From: Eledone cirrhosa
Taxonomy: Eukaryota
NCBI GenBank assembly: GCA_964016885.1
Contig: OZ024752.1
Location: 20,770,001 to 20,834,000 of the forward strand
Length of the DNA stretch: 64,000 bases
Reading direction: 5' to 3'
This document shows positions 10,780 through 22,711 of the stretch, piece after piece. The translations under genes and the position numbers were made by a program. The first letter of the stretch is position 1; each line of letters opens with the position of its first letter. The notes beneath the pieces are model-generated. The model saw only the letters and a list, made by a program, of their open reading frames with translations, did no database searches and had not been told where the DNA came from.

Positions 10780-13700
10780 GTATCGTTTTTGACTTTTTCT
10801 GATCTCGCAGGGGAGATGGCGGAGAAACTGAGATTGAATAGCGAGAAGATCAAGGTTTTTAACGTCGAAGGAGATGTTGTGGCCTGGTTGAGAAAGGTCA
10901 CATTGGTTGGCTCGCTGCAAGGTATTGACAACGTTGCTGGTTTGATCGCTCTATATCTCTACAGGGATGCCCTAGCACTGTACCTCGAGATGGACGAGAG
11001 AGCCCAATTGAACGCGGAGAGGATAGGGCAGCGACTTAAGGAAGCGTTCACCGAGGGGCTGTACGCTGCTTTTTCCAAGCTAGGCAGAGCGAGATAGAAG
11101 GGAGAGCACGTGGACGTGTTCGCGACAGAGTTACGGCGGTTGGCTATGTTGACCGGATTCGCGGTAGAACACGAATGTGCCGTGCGGTTGGCTTTTCTGA
11201 ACGGGTTCCCCGACGAAATCTCCGTGAAGCTCCAACAACTGCCCGGCAATGGGGAAATGAGCATGAGCGAGCTAATCGCGCAGGCCTGCGTAATAACACA
11301 AGACACAAGATGGAATGTTGTAGCGCTGACAGCGACGGAAGCCCATGGCAGTCAACAGCGACTGACGTATGACGAAAGGAGACCATCCGCTGTGAATAGT
11401 CGTCCGCGTGCGTTCGGATGCCAGTGCTTCAGGTGCCAGGGTCCGACATAGCAAGGGACTGCAGAGAGCCGAAGCCAGCCATAGTCTGTTACCACTGCGA
11501 GCGACCAGGCCACATCGCCAATAACTGCGACTAGGGAAATGGTTCAAGGGGGACTACTGCACCGGTAGCCACCCTTGGGAGCGAGTAAAGGCACCTTTGC
11601 AGTCGCTGCCCGTAGTAGAAGTTCTGGTGAGGGAGAAGGCATTGCGAGCACTCGTGGACACGGGTTGTACGACAACATTAGTGACCACGGAGGTGGTTAA
11701 ACAGTGGAGCGGGATGAGCAGTATAAGGGCAGTCGACGGTAGGGAGGTGTCGGTGGTGGTACGGGGAAGAAAAATTAGGCTTCAGGCGATCGTGATTGAC
11801 CAGGTGGTGGACGGAATCGATGTAGTAATGGGCATGGATGCGATTGACTACCTTGGAGGTGTTACAGTGAGTGAAGTCGGGGTGACGTTTGGTAGCGAGA
11901 AGACATCATGTGCTGGGAGAATCCACGAAGAACAGGGAGATCCACGAAGAAAATACCACACAGAAAAAGGATTTCAGAGCGGTGTTCGATGGGCAGCGGT
12001 GGGTAGTTGAGTGGTACTGAAAGGGAGATCCACCAATGCTGAAGAATAAAGTGGGCTGGTATCAGCATACCCAGAAAGGAAATGCCAGAAGCGAGTTTGA
12101 GGGAAAGATACCCAGGAGGGTATACTGATTCCTTGGAAGGAGGAGGTGAAGTGTGGAGTGTTGCCATTAATGGCAGTGGTGCAGCCCACGAAGAACAAGG
12201 TTAGGCCGGTGCTGGACTTTCGTGAGCTGAACGAACACGTGTCATGCCACACAGGCGGTGAGGTCACGGATATTTGCGGGGGAACTTTGCAAGAGTGGAG
12301 ACGAATGACGGGGGCCTCCACGATTGTCACTTACAGTCGGCATATCTGCAGTTACACATGGATGAGAAGCTGTGGAAATATCAGCTGGTCAGGTATAAGG
12401 GCCAGACATACTGCCTGACCAGGCTTGGCTTCGGGTTGAACTCTGCACCAAAAATCATGGCGACGGTCCTTAAGGCCATTCTGGGGAAAGCAGACAAGGT
12501 GAAGAGGGCCACCAACTCCTACATCGACGACATCTTGGTGGACGAGACGGTGGTGTCAGCAGCAGAGGTCTCAGGCCTCTTGGGAAGGTTCGGGCTGACC
12601 GCAAAACCGCCGGAGGCGGTGGAAGGAGGAGCCGCGCTAGGACTCAAGCTGCAAAGGGATAAGACGGATACACTGGTGTTTCGGGGGGTAACGAAGTCCC
12701 GGAACTGGGCCCCAATATGAATAGACTGGAACTCTTCTCAATGTGTGGTAAATTGGTGGGCCACTATCCGTCAAGAGACGAGCAGACGGAGTGAGCTGGG
12801 GTGACAGGGTTGGAGAGAGGACAGTGGCCATGATGCAGGAAATCGTGGAGAGGGTAAAGGCGGATGACCCAGTGAGAGGACGCTGGTACGTCTCCAAATC
12901 GGAGAGCGGGGCAGCATAGCACTAGGGGTCACTCTGGAGATAGGGGGCGTCGAGGTCGAGGACGCAGCCTGGATCAGGAAGAAGGAGGACTACAACCACA
13001 TCAACGTGGCCGAACTGGATGCTGTGCTGAGAGGGATGAATCTCGCTCTGAGATGGGGGCTGCGCACTATAGAAATTCGCACTGACCCGGCCACTGTTCT
13101 TGGATGGGTGAGAGGAGGGTGCGAACGTGAGGGGCAGCAGAAATGTTGATAAAGCGCCGCCTGGGAACTCTGGGAGAGCTGTCCACCGAGTTTGGCCTGG
13201 AGTTGAGTGTGGTTTTTGTACCCTCAGAGAAAAACAGGGCAGACGTATTAACCAGGGTGAAGAAAGCCTGGCTGGAAACGCCAGAGGACGCAGAGAAGGG
13301 TGTAGCGGTAATGTGTCGACTGATTGATGCACCACATGGGAGTGGATAGGACCCTGTTCCTAGCCAGAAGAATCAACTCTGATGTTAGCAGACAGAGTGT
13401 CCAGAGAGTGGTCGGAGGGTGCAACAGATGCCATCTATCAACCCTGCCCCGGGTGTGCACGAGACAGGAAGCATCCCGGTGGAACACAACTGGAAGCGAT
13501 TAGCGGTGGACGTGACACACTACCGAAAGGAACGTATCTTTCGATGGTCGATTGTGGGCCGGGACAGATGGCGATATGGAAGGAAATGAAGACGGGGTCT
13601 GCGGAGGAAATCGTGCGGACGCTGAGAGAGGTATTCTTGGAGCGAGGCCCTGTAGATGAATTGCTGATGGACCACAGCATAGCGCTTCGCTCGGAGGTGC

Positions 13701-14273
13701 TGAGGGAAATGCTTGACAAGTGGAAGGTGAACCGCTTCTTCAGAGCGGCATACAGGCTGAGCGGGAATGGGATCGTGGAGAGACACCATTGCACGATCAA
13801 AGCCATGGCGGAAAGGGGGCACATTTCGCCAATGGAGGCAGTGTTCTGGTACAACATGTCTCCTGTGGTGGGACAGGCCGAGGAGTCGGTGCCGCACAGG
13901 GCAATATATAGATATGAATGGCGACACCCGTGCATGGTACCACAGCAGCCGGTGGAGAGAGAGAGAGCGCATTCGTACGAGTGGGCAAAGAGGTATGGGT
14001 CAAGCTCCAGAACGCGCGTTGCACATCTCAATGGGGAAAGGGAATGGTAACTGCCGTAAATTCCCAAAACAACGTATCTGTGGACGGAATGCCACGTCAC
14101 GTCTTGGTATCCGTAGAGTCGTTGTGGTGACGGACTCCGAGGAAGAGGTAAAAGAAAGTGCCGCCCCAACAGTGCGGAGATTGCAACGGAGCCGCCGCCA
14201 ACCTAGGTGGATGGCGGATTTTGAGATGGAGCAGTGTGATGGGGGGGGATTGATCCTTGAGATTAGGGGGGCG
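10780..14273 (+). mobile_element. Decayed Ty3/Gypsy LTR retrotransposon internal region (gag-PR-RT-RNaseH-IN)
   Basis: Gag EGDVVAWLRKV with two CCHC knuckles (CFRCQGP.., CYHCERPGHIANNC); protease ALVDTGC; RT LGFGLNSAP and YIDDILV; RNase H HINVAELDAV; integrase WKRLAVDVTH, ELLMD and GNGIVERHH. Multiple stops and frameshifts. Purine tract gattaggggggcg at 14261-14273. Confidence 0.95.
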
Positions 14274-14673
14274 TGTTGGGCTGCCGTGAGATAGAGGGGG
14301 GTGTAGAGCTGCCGTGGGAGGGGGATTGCTGGAAGTTGGGGGACGCCTGACCGGAAGCAGGAGGATGGGGGCGACTCGAGGGATCAGGCCATGAACAGCC
14401 CTCTCTTAGCTACAGACCCTGCAAGGTGACGGACGTGTGAAGACAGACGCGAGTGGAAAGTACCCCACGTGGACGGTGGAACCAGCGATAGAGAAACGCA
14501 AGGTAAGTCCGAATGCCCTCGGCTACAAGAACTACATTTGTATTTCAGCATAAAGTACATACGCGTATATGTCCGCCAATGCCCACCTTTGCGCGTACAC
14601 ACGTATAAAAACAGGTCCGGGTGCATTCACAGATCCACGTCCACACAGTCATACACATCGGAACGCATACATG
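14274..14673 (+). mobile_element. Probable 3' LTR of the Gypsy element (right boundary uncertain)
   Basis: Starts TGTTGG immediately after the PPT. Segment ~14528-14612 matches ~10585-10660 upstream of gag (aagaactaca..ttcagcataaagtacatacgc.tatatgtcc.ccaatgcc..tataaaaaca). Confidence 0.6.
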
Positions 14674-16579
14674 TGTAGCGAAATCTGTCCACGCCTTGAA
14701 CCCTGGGTGACACCTAAAAGTCAAATTCTAGGTCACCATCCTTTTCGGCGTGGACAGGTGCATGTATGGGCGATCCCTCAAGGCGGGAGACAGAAAGCGA
14801 CAGGTATATAAAGCCTGTATCATCCCCCGTCTAACGCACAGAGAGATCGGAGCCGTACTCTATAGACAAGCTATGTAAAGATTCACCGCTATCTACAGGC
14901 CGCTGAGGTCTACAGTCAACCACAGAACATTACTCTCTCTCCCTCTCCTGGTCGCAGACTACACCAGCCTCATGAACCAACAACAAAATAACATTGTCAA
15001 TCTTCGCAACTCGTGGTAACTTGTTTATTGTTCTTTTTTATTGAAGTGAAGTGAACCTTTTTATATATAACGTAAATCAGCTATTCTTGTTATTACTACT
15101 AACTACCACAAACATTACCCTTCGTTACATTGGTGACCCCGACGTGATGGGAACGAACAGGTTCCTTAAAAAAAAAAAACGAAGTGGTATTTAAAAAAAA
15201 GAAAACAACACGCAGCTTTCTGATCATGGCTTCCATTGCCAACATCAACAACTTTCTCAGCAATATATAATTACCAAGCTTCTCATCTATATGGTACGAT
15301 ATGATAAAACTTCACCTTTTCAAATTATTCACCAAACTTCCATTCTACGGAATATTTACAGTGACTTCGCTTTGATGTTTCGATTAATTACCAAACACTT
15401 CACCACGTGCTTCGTAATCTCCAACAACAACAGACAATACTACTAGCTTCCTAGCAAGGAAACGATCACATAGAGAAGAGAAAAACTGAACTTTTGTTAA
15501 AAAAAAATTATTTCTTACTTTTTTTTTTTAACAATGTTCCAACATTTTTATTTAAAATTTTTTTTTTTTTACTGTATTATATGCCTGTATGAACATACAC
15601 GTTTTTGCATCAAACACACATCATTTTCTTTGTCACACACCAACATGTTTTTGTCTATGGTATGTTCTGGATTCGGTTCGTTTCACCTGGTCGAGGTACG
15701 GCAACAGCTATAAAACACATGAAATTCACCCACGGGGACTACACGCCTGAACTCACTCAGGCACGCAACTCAAAATTGCACACACTCATGTCAAAGCGTA
15801 AACCTCGACTCACTGGAAAAGCATCTTACGTATGATGATAGATCGAGAGAAATAATCCTCTGTATTATCATATCGTAATCCGAAACCGCAACCCTGAACG
15901 TTCAACAGTTCGAAATACATGATCACAACTTTGTATATTTACAGTTTCTTCTAAATGTTACACTCACATGCATACAGTTATACGATTTTTTTTTCTCTCC
16001 AAATTTCTCTACACTCGAAATGCGGGCGCAGTACCCATATTTTTTGTGTTTTGGGACACGCTTCTGGAATCAGATTTCGCTACCCCCTTTGTAGTCGATC
16101 GCTGCTCCTGCATCGATCTGGGTAGGGAACTAATGTAGCGAAATCTGTCCAGGCCTTGAACCTTGGGTGACACCTAAAAGTCAAATTCTAGGTCACCATC
16201 CTTTTCGGCGTGGACAGGTACATGCGTGGGCGATCCCTCAAGGAGGGAGACAGAAAGCGACAGGTATATAAAGCCTGTATCATCCCACGTCTAACACACA
16301 GAGAGATCGGAGCCGTACTCTATAGACAAGCTATGTAAAGATTCACCGCTATCTACAGGCCGTTGAGGTCTACAGACCATTACTCTCTCTCCCTCTCCAG
16401 GTCGCAGACTACACCAGCCTCATGAACGAACAACAAAATAACAGCGTCAACCTTCGCGACTCGTGGTAACTTGTTTATTGTTCTTTTTGATTGAAGTGTA
16501 ATAAATCTTTTTATATATAAAGTAAATCAGATATTCTTGTTATTACTACTAACTACCACAAACATTACCCTTCGTTACA
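14674..16579 (+). mobile_element. Non-autonomous LTR retrotransposon with LTRs at 14674-15129 and 16134-16579
   Basis: Two highly similar ~450-bp LTRs with TGTAGCGAA...TTCGTTACA ends. CATG TSD at 14670-14673 and 16580-16583. The ~1-kb interior has no pol. Confidence 0.95.
15131..15148 (+). promoter_or_regulatory. Primer-binding site complementary to tRNA-Trp
   Basis: TGGTGACCCCGACGTGAT lies 1 nt after the 5' LTR and is the complement of the eukaryotic tRNA-Trp 3' end (same 18-mer as the avian retrovirus PBS). Confidence 0.9.
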
Positions 16580-17020
16580 CATGCACGCATACACACAAAT
16601 ACATATACGCACACATATAGATACACACACGGACACAGAGTCAAAGGTCTCTGCATGGGGTGGGGAGAGAAGTAATAGGCTTGTCCTATTTACTTGTGTT
16701 TATTTAGCACTGACTCTCGCGGCAGCATATCTTCCGGATACTCGGATCACAAGCCGGGGTTGGGTGGTGAGGCACGGTGGTCGGAAACGTGGGATGCCTG
16801 GTTGCAAAAAGGGTAGAACTCCGCCGACGTACTTTGCCTCGCTAACTTGGGTTCGGGTTAAAGAAGTGAGAGAGAGGGGTGGACCACAGCGGTGTGAGAC
16901 ACGGTTCTAGCTGCTAGGTAAGTGTGGTGTTATAATTGCTATTCGTGACGGGAGAAGAGGGGGGGGGGGGGGGGTTGGTGTACTTTGGCCTCGGTGTGAC
17001 GGCGTTGCTATCTATATAGC

Positions 17021-17950
17021 ACGGCTCACGGCTCTCTGGCAAGCGGACCCGACTATCAGTGGAGAATCCACCCCGACATTCTATAGAGGGCTGGTGGCTA
17101 GCAGGGGCGACGACACCCTTGGAGAGTCGCTAGGCATGGAGGAGGACGAACTGGCCAGCCTGTTCGGTAGAACTTTCGGCCCGGGACCCATGGATAACTT
17201 CCAGAGGTCCCTAGCCTGGCAGTGCTACCGGGGGGCTCTGCCCGTTCGAAAAAAGCTCTACAGACACGGGCGCCCGGGCAGGGATCCCGCGAAAAAGTTC
17301 TGTCCCAGATGCGTGCGCGACGAGGAAACCGTTGCGCACGCACTGGTACACTGCCCGGGCGTTGCCGATCTGTGGGGCTACGTCGAACGACTGCTGTCGC
17401 GTGTGGCGCCAATTCGATTGGCCGCCGAGTCCGTGGTGAACATCAAGCCGCCTCCTCCCTTCAGAAATGAAGCAGAGGCCGTCTTTCTGTGCGTAATAGC
17501 CATGATGAAATAGGTTGTGTGGTGGACGCGGCTGAAAGGTCTGAGGTCGGGTGACTTTCTCTCCGGCCAACACCTGGTTTACTTCTTCCGATACCACTTC
17601 GGAAGAAGGATCAGGATGGAGAGAGAAGTGCTTGGCCCCAGACAGTTTTATGAAAGGTGGGTGAAAGTGGCGAGAATGGCTCGTGTAAATGGGCCTTCTC
17701 TCTACATTGTTCTGTAGGTGAAGAAGTGAAGAGGAAAGGGGGAGCGCCTCCTCTCTGGGCTTCCCCCGGGAAAAGGGTTGCACACTTTTCGGGGGTATGT
17801 GCAATCCCCAACACGCCCCCTCCCTTTTGAGGACTTTTTATTATTATGTTATTCTTATTGTTATGCCTTTTTTCTTTACTCGCATTTATGTAAACTCCCC
17901 CCTGTGTATTTGTCCCTTTCTCTTGTGCCCTAGTGGCAAATAAAGAAATA
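17021..17950 (+). mobile_element. 5'-truncated L1/Tx1-clade LINE 3' end (zf-RVT region)
   Basis: SLAWQCYRGALPVR..CPRCVRDEETVAHALVHC, with an in-frame stop near 17511, AATAAA at 17939, and a 12-bp TSD tatctatatagc at 17009-17020 and 17951-17962. Confidence 0.9.
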
Positions 17951-17989
17951 TATCTATATAGCTTGAGGGAAGTTCCCGTCCTAAGGGGT

Positions 17990-18365
17990 TGCTATCCATA
18001 TAGCTTGAAGAAAGTTCCCGTCTTAAGGTGTCTACAGGTACCAAAGAAATCGGTCCTAAGGTTGCTTAGATTAATCCCACCCCCCTAGTATCTCCAGAGT
18101 CTCGCTCAGACAGAGGTTGTAGATGCCAGACCCCCCTCTGTCAGGTGGCACTTTCCTTACCAGACCAGAGAGTACGGGGTCCTGTCCAGCTTGAGCTTCC
18201 AGATCAGTTCGGAAAGAGTTGTACTTTTCCTCTTGTCCACCCTATTAAAGGAATGGCGATGGTTATACCACCTGTCTTTGGAGCTCGTCGATGTGGCTCC
18301 TATGTAAAGGTGCTCCGAGTTGGGGGTTGTAACTCTACATCCGTACACTAAGTTCTTCATTAGGC
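17990..18365 (-). mobile_element. Penelope-like element GIY-YIG endonuclease fragment
   Basis: KNLVYGCRV..LYIGATSTSSKDRWYNHRHSF..TTLSELIWKLK..YSLVW..YNLCLSETLEI..GTCRHLK. Its 3' UTR probably continues to the left of the LINE insertion. Confidence 0.85.
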
Positions 18366-18384
18366 ATATATATATATATATATC

Positions 18385-18720
18385 ATTTTTTGATGATTTA
18401 GTGTTAAAGAATAAAAATTAACGATAAAATAAAAATATATTTTAAAAATGAGGTCCCTGAAGGCGTGCGACCTCTAGCTATAGCTTATTTAGCTTATTGT
18501 TGTTTTCTAACACGCCATCGTCTTCTCAACGGTAAATCGTTTTCAATGTCATTCGGCCTGCGAGAAATAGAAGTAAATCTCCTTCAAGCCCCTTCCCGCA
18601 GTCTTAAAAAAATGAAATATACGTTGTGGTCACGGCTGGAACGCCATTTTATCATAAAAAAGGTCACATTTCATTCAAATACTATAAAGTAATTTAGCCC
18701 CCCCCCCCCCCTGCTAAGTC
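18385..18720. repeat. Unclassified interspersed repeat, with a second copy near 27515-27600
   Basis: Both share ataaaaatata..aaaaatgaggtccc..aag..gtg..cc..tagc.ata.cttatttagcttat. Confidence 0.6.
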
Positions 18721-19507
18721 GGTAACTGACAATACATGATTCATATGAAGTGACACAAAAGTATCTGTTACATGTACGTGGGAAAAGTCACGCTTTTGTC
18801 AATATCTTATATATAACAAATGGAACAACAAAAATACATTAAATCAGTCAAAGGTCTTGTTTTTTTTCTTTTTTCATGATTCTCCTTCGATCTTTTATTT
18901 TATTTTTATCGGCTTAGTCTAAAGCAGGGTCTCAAACACGCGACTGACAATCTACTTATCCATAGGCTGCGCGAGAACATTTTTTGTGACTAATATTTTC
19001 CTAAGACTTCGTAATTTGTCCCTCGCCCCTTCCATACTTTTATTTTTGATTAAGAAAAGTTTTAAAAGTTTTATTGAATATATCTACAATTTCTTTTGAA
19101 CTTTGCTTTTATTTTTCTTATTTTAATAATATTTATAGTAAAGTTATTTTCCCTATTTTGATGTTATTTGTAGTAGAATTTAATGTAATTTACCCATGAA
19201 ATATAATGAAATGGGAAAAAAATAAATGGAATTTATCAAAAGTGAATGTACAAAAATATAGGCACATATTCGATTTACCATGGGTTTTAAAACTCCTGTA
19301 ACTGATTTTTTTATCATGTATTTTTAAATAGTTTTCGGATTCTTATGCTTTAAAGAAATAAATATAAATTAGATTTTTTTTACAATTTAGAAAAAACATA
19401 AAATGGTTAGGTTTAGGTGATTTACAGCTGCCGTACCGTACTTGTGATAATGGTTTAAATCAGAGACGACTGGTTAAATGATTGTATTCATATTAAAATG
19501 AAAGAAG

Positions 19508-19650
19508 TTTCTGATTTAGGTACAAAGCCAACAATTTTGGGGAAGGATTAAATCGACGTTACTGGTACTTTACTTTAACGACCCCGTAAAGATGAATGAC
19601 AAAGATATCCTCGACGAGTGAACTCAGAAGGTAAAGGGACGTAACTTTAA
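19508..19650 (-). mobile_element. SINE family A copy
   Basis: Reverse complement of the 24398-24576 sequence. Confidence 0.8.
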
Positions 19651-20574
19651 GTAGAACAAGAACGAGCTTTAAGTAGAACAAAACTAAGTCATTCATTAAA
19701 CTTTCTTTAAAGAATTTTTTCTTCTTTTCATCAATATTCTTCAAATCGTTATTTCCACTTACAACGAAACGTCGTGAACATATTTCAGTTGGTATTTGAG
19801 AATGTTCATGGTCGCTTTTTAAAGCCAAATTACGTGAGCTCAGCTTGCTGCGGATTCATCAATATAGAAGTAACTTTTAGTTTGTGAATTTAATCCAATA
19901 TCGCAGTCATTAGTAGATGAGATAAACACTTCCTGGAAACGACACTGGGCTAATACATGTAGTTTTTTTCTTGACAGAGGAATAGAACCTGGCCCCGAAA
20001 GCCAACAAGTCACTCAATAAGGAGGTTTCGATGCCTCTTGTGGAGTATGACCGATTGAAACAGTGTTGAATTGATTTTTTTCCGCTCTATTGTCTATTTT
20101 AGTGTGTTGTATTTATAAGGTTCCATGAATTCTATTTTTATGTGAAACGTCGTGATTATATCTTACTAATGAATTCTTCTTATAAATGCAAAGTGCGTTA
20201 AAATACTTCTATTATTATAGACTTAAAATAAATCTTTCTCAACTTACCGTCTAATCTCAGATAGAAACACATACATATAATAAATTAATTATTGTTAGGA
20301 ACCTTATAAAATATTCTACCTGCAGAAAGCAGGCAGACCTACTTAAACGTTTAAGTTTAAAAGTTAAATAAAAGTTAGAGAAGGTAAAAAAAAGGGTTAA
20401 AATACCTTGAAAAAAACTGGAGCCGATGCTATGCGTGGCTCAAGGTAACTTTTATTATGAAAATAGCATTAATATAACTCATTGAAGAATAATGATAAAG
20501 GAAAAAAAAGGGGAGGGGTCACTACCAAGTGCGACAATAGGCCGCACCTCACATCTTATGCTTATATAACAATA

Positions 20575-20850
20575 ATAATTTGAAGGGAGAAAGTCGATTA
20601 AATCGACTCCAGTGTGTTACTGGTACTTTATTTTATTGACACCGTAAGGATGAAAGGTAAAGCTAACGGCGGGAATAATAATAAAACAACATACAAAAAA
20701 AACCAACTACTATAATAATGGTTTCTGATTTAGGCACAAGGTAATTTTGGGGAAGGAGAAAGTCGATTAAATTGCTTCCGTGCGTTACTGGTACTTTATT
20801 TTATCGACCCTCGTAAGGATGAAAGGCAAAGCTAACCTCGGTGGGATAGC
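20575..20850 (-). mobile_element. Two tandem partial SINE family A copies
   Basis: Both contain gtcgattaaat..ttactggtactttattttat.gac..cgtaaggatgaaagg.aaagctaac. Confidence 0.8.
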
Positions 20851-20906
20851 TTTGCAATAATAATAATAATTCAAATCTATAGAATCTAAACAAAAATAGA
20901 AACTCC

Positions 20907-20916
20907 ATGACGTCAT
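20907..20916. promoter_or_regulatory. Perfect CRE palindrome ATGACGTCAT about 200 bp upstream of the candidate ATG
   Basis: Motif seen directly; function is inferred from position only. Confidence 0.3.
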
Positions 20917-21114
20917 CGCGCCGTATTTCATGTCAACGCCAACTTAAAAAACATTGAAAAATTGGCCGTTATAATTTTTTCCTGTAACGTATGACTTTAG
21001 CAGTGACTAAATTGCTGATGTTTAGAAATGTTTTCTACGACTGAAACAACCCTTCCTGGAGTAACTTTTTGAGATTTTTTTCTCCTAATTTACTTATCAA
21101 GTGATTTAAACAAA

Positions 21115-21166
21115 ATGATTGCTGTTTTCCTACTTTATTTTATAATTTGTATTTCCTTTGATACAG
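21115..21166 (+). CDS. Candidate signal-peptide exon of the PAN/coiled-coil gene (MIAVFLLYFIICISFDT)
   Basis: caaaATG context, a hydrophobic 17-mer and a phase-1 donor CAG|GTTAGT. It joins in frame to the 29126 exon. Confidence 0.55.
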
Positions 21167-21315
21167 GTTAGTATTCTAATTGTAACCTTTTAAACACTTA
21201 ATTGTACCTCTTCGATTGCACTATACACCACTCAGAACATCAAATACATCGTTGTCAACTTCCTTTTACACACCTGTATAGATAACATACATGTGTTTGT
21301 GTCAAGGCACACCTA

Positions 21316-21358
<43 letters not shown>

Positions 21359-21419
21359 AATATATATATATTATATAAATATATATATATTATATAAATA
21401 TATATATTATATATATAAG

Positions 21420-21722
21420 TAGAAGGGATATTTAATTTGTTGGAATTACAACAAAAAATAAATATAAATGTTTATAACTGATTCAGAGCACTCGACAGTT
21501 TTCTGGAGTAAATATTCAAGGATATTAAATAAATGGAAATGACTTTCCGGGGATAACTTGAACCGTTAAGGTATATTATTCTTGGTCATGTCAAATATTT
21601 ATAAAACATTTTGTATTTTATCTGATGATAGCGTACCAAAATTTTGGTACCCTTGAAATATATATAATTGAATAAATATGGTTTTATAAATATAGTTTCC
21701 ATTTATTTAATATCATTGTATA
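21420..21722 (+). mobile_element. ~300-bp hammerhead-containing non-autonomous element between (TA)n tracts
   Basis: Homologous to the reverse complement of 7372-7620. Contains long-range complementary arms (gatattaaataaatggaaa / tttccatttatttaatatc). Confidence 0.6.
21614..21674 (+). ncRNA. Minimal type-I hammerhead ribozyme motif
   Basis: tattttat-CTGATGA(21622-21628)-tagcgtaccaaaattttggtaccctt-GAAA(21655-21658)-t atat a-TA-attgaata. Stem III is short with a palindromic loop, as in Penelope-type hammerheads. Confidence 0.75.
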
Positions 21723-21824
21723 TTATATATATATATATATAATAAACAATACAATATAATTACCTCATTACCAGAGGTTTCCCGAATAAGACTTTTCAAT
21801 TTTCAACGGAAACTTCAATACATC

Positions 21825-21856
<32 letters not shown>

Positions 21857-21904
21857 TATATATAATATATATATATATATATTATATATATATATTCAAT
21901 GAAT

Positions 21905-22070
21905 GGCTTTGAACACAGACACAAGGCCAGAAATTTGGGAGGGGTGGTTGTCGATCGAAATCGATTTGACTAGTACGTTATTTAATCAATCCAAGATGAA
22001 AGCAAAGATGGCTTCGGCGGAATTTGAACTTCTGACGTAAAGAGCTGGAACTTATACTGCAAGACATTTT
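21905..22070 (-). mobile_element. Diverged SINE family A copy
   Basis: cacaaggccagaaattt..aagatgaaagcaaag..cggcggaatttgaact is the reverse of the family A pattern. Confidence 0.7.
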
Positions 22071-22711
22071 GTTTACCTCTCTTTTTCTCTTTCTATGTTA
22101 ATGTGTGTATTAATTCTTATTTTTCTCTATCTTTTTTATCGATTTGTTTATTTTGTAAATCATTTATTTTATTTTATGTACAAGATGTTCATAAAATTAA
22201 ATTAATTTATTTTGAAGTCTTATTGGTTGTGATCGACTATATCATGGCTTAGTTTTAAAAATAATTGAAAACATGAAATATCTACCTACTATAATATGTG
22301 TTTGTGTGCATGTGCACGTGTTTATACATGTGTGTGTGTTTGTGTGCGTGCATGTGCTTAAACATGTGTGTGTGTTGGTATGCATGCGTGTGCTTATACA
22401 CATATACATATATCTACATTTATATAACACATTTGTAGTTGTGTATGGCTAAACCTTGTCTTTTTGTCCGTTTTATTTAGTTGTGGCTAGGACTGGCGGG
22501 ATTTAACCACATCCTTTTCGTACCGATCGCCGACGTGACCTCCGGTGTCTTCGGTCTCTGAACTCAGGAGGAGTGCATCCCGCCTGAGGAAGGAACTCCA
22601 TGAGGTGGATTAGCGACTGTCGCTAGTCGTTCTCTGCGGCAACGTTTTCGCTATCTTGTCCGCTGGGTGCAGCTGAGATATACTATCTAGATGTGGAGGG
22701 GAGTCTGTACC

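Noticed and set aside
10959-14169. Long minus-strand ORFs of up to 243 aa
   Set aside because: Antisense shadows of the GC-rich Gypsy gag-pol region.
16690-16745. Possible hammerhead remnant in the Penelope 3' UTR (minus strand cggaaga..gcgagagtcag)
   Set aside because: Both core halves are altered, so it is too degenerate to call.
19559-20075. Coding-looking minus-strand stretch (..SRRFVVSGNNDLKNIDEK..)
   Set aside because: It contains stops, has no splice signals or recognisable domain, and runs into a SINE. Probably an unclassified TE relic.
22481-22507. Acceptor-like ttttatttag as a candidate extra exon of the PAN gene
   Set aside because: The phase-1 reading hits TAA after 8 codons.
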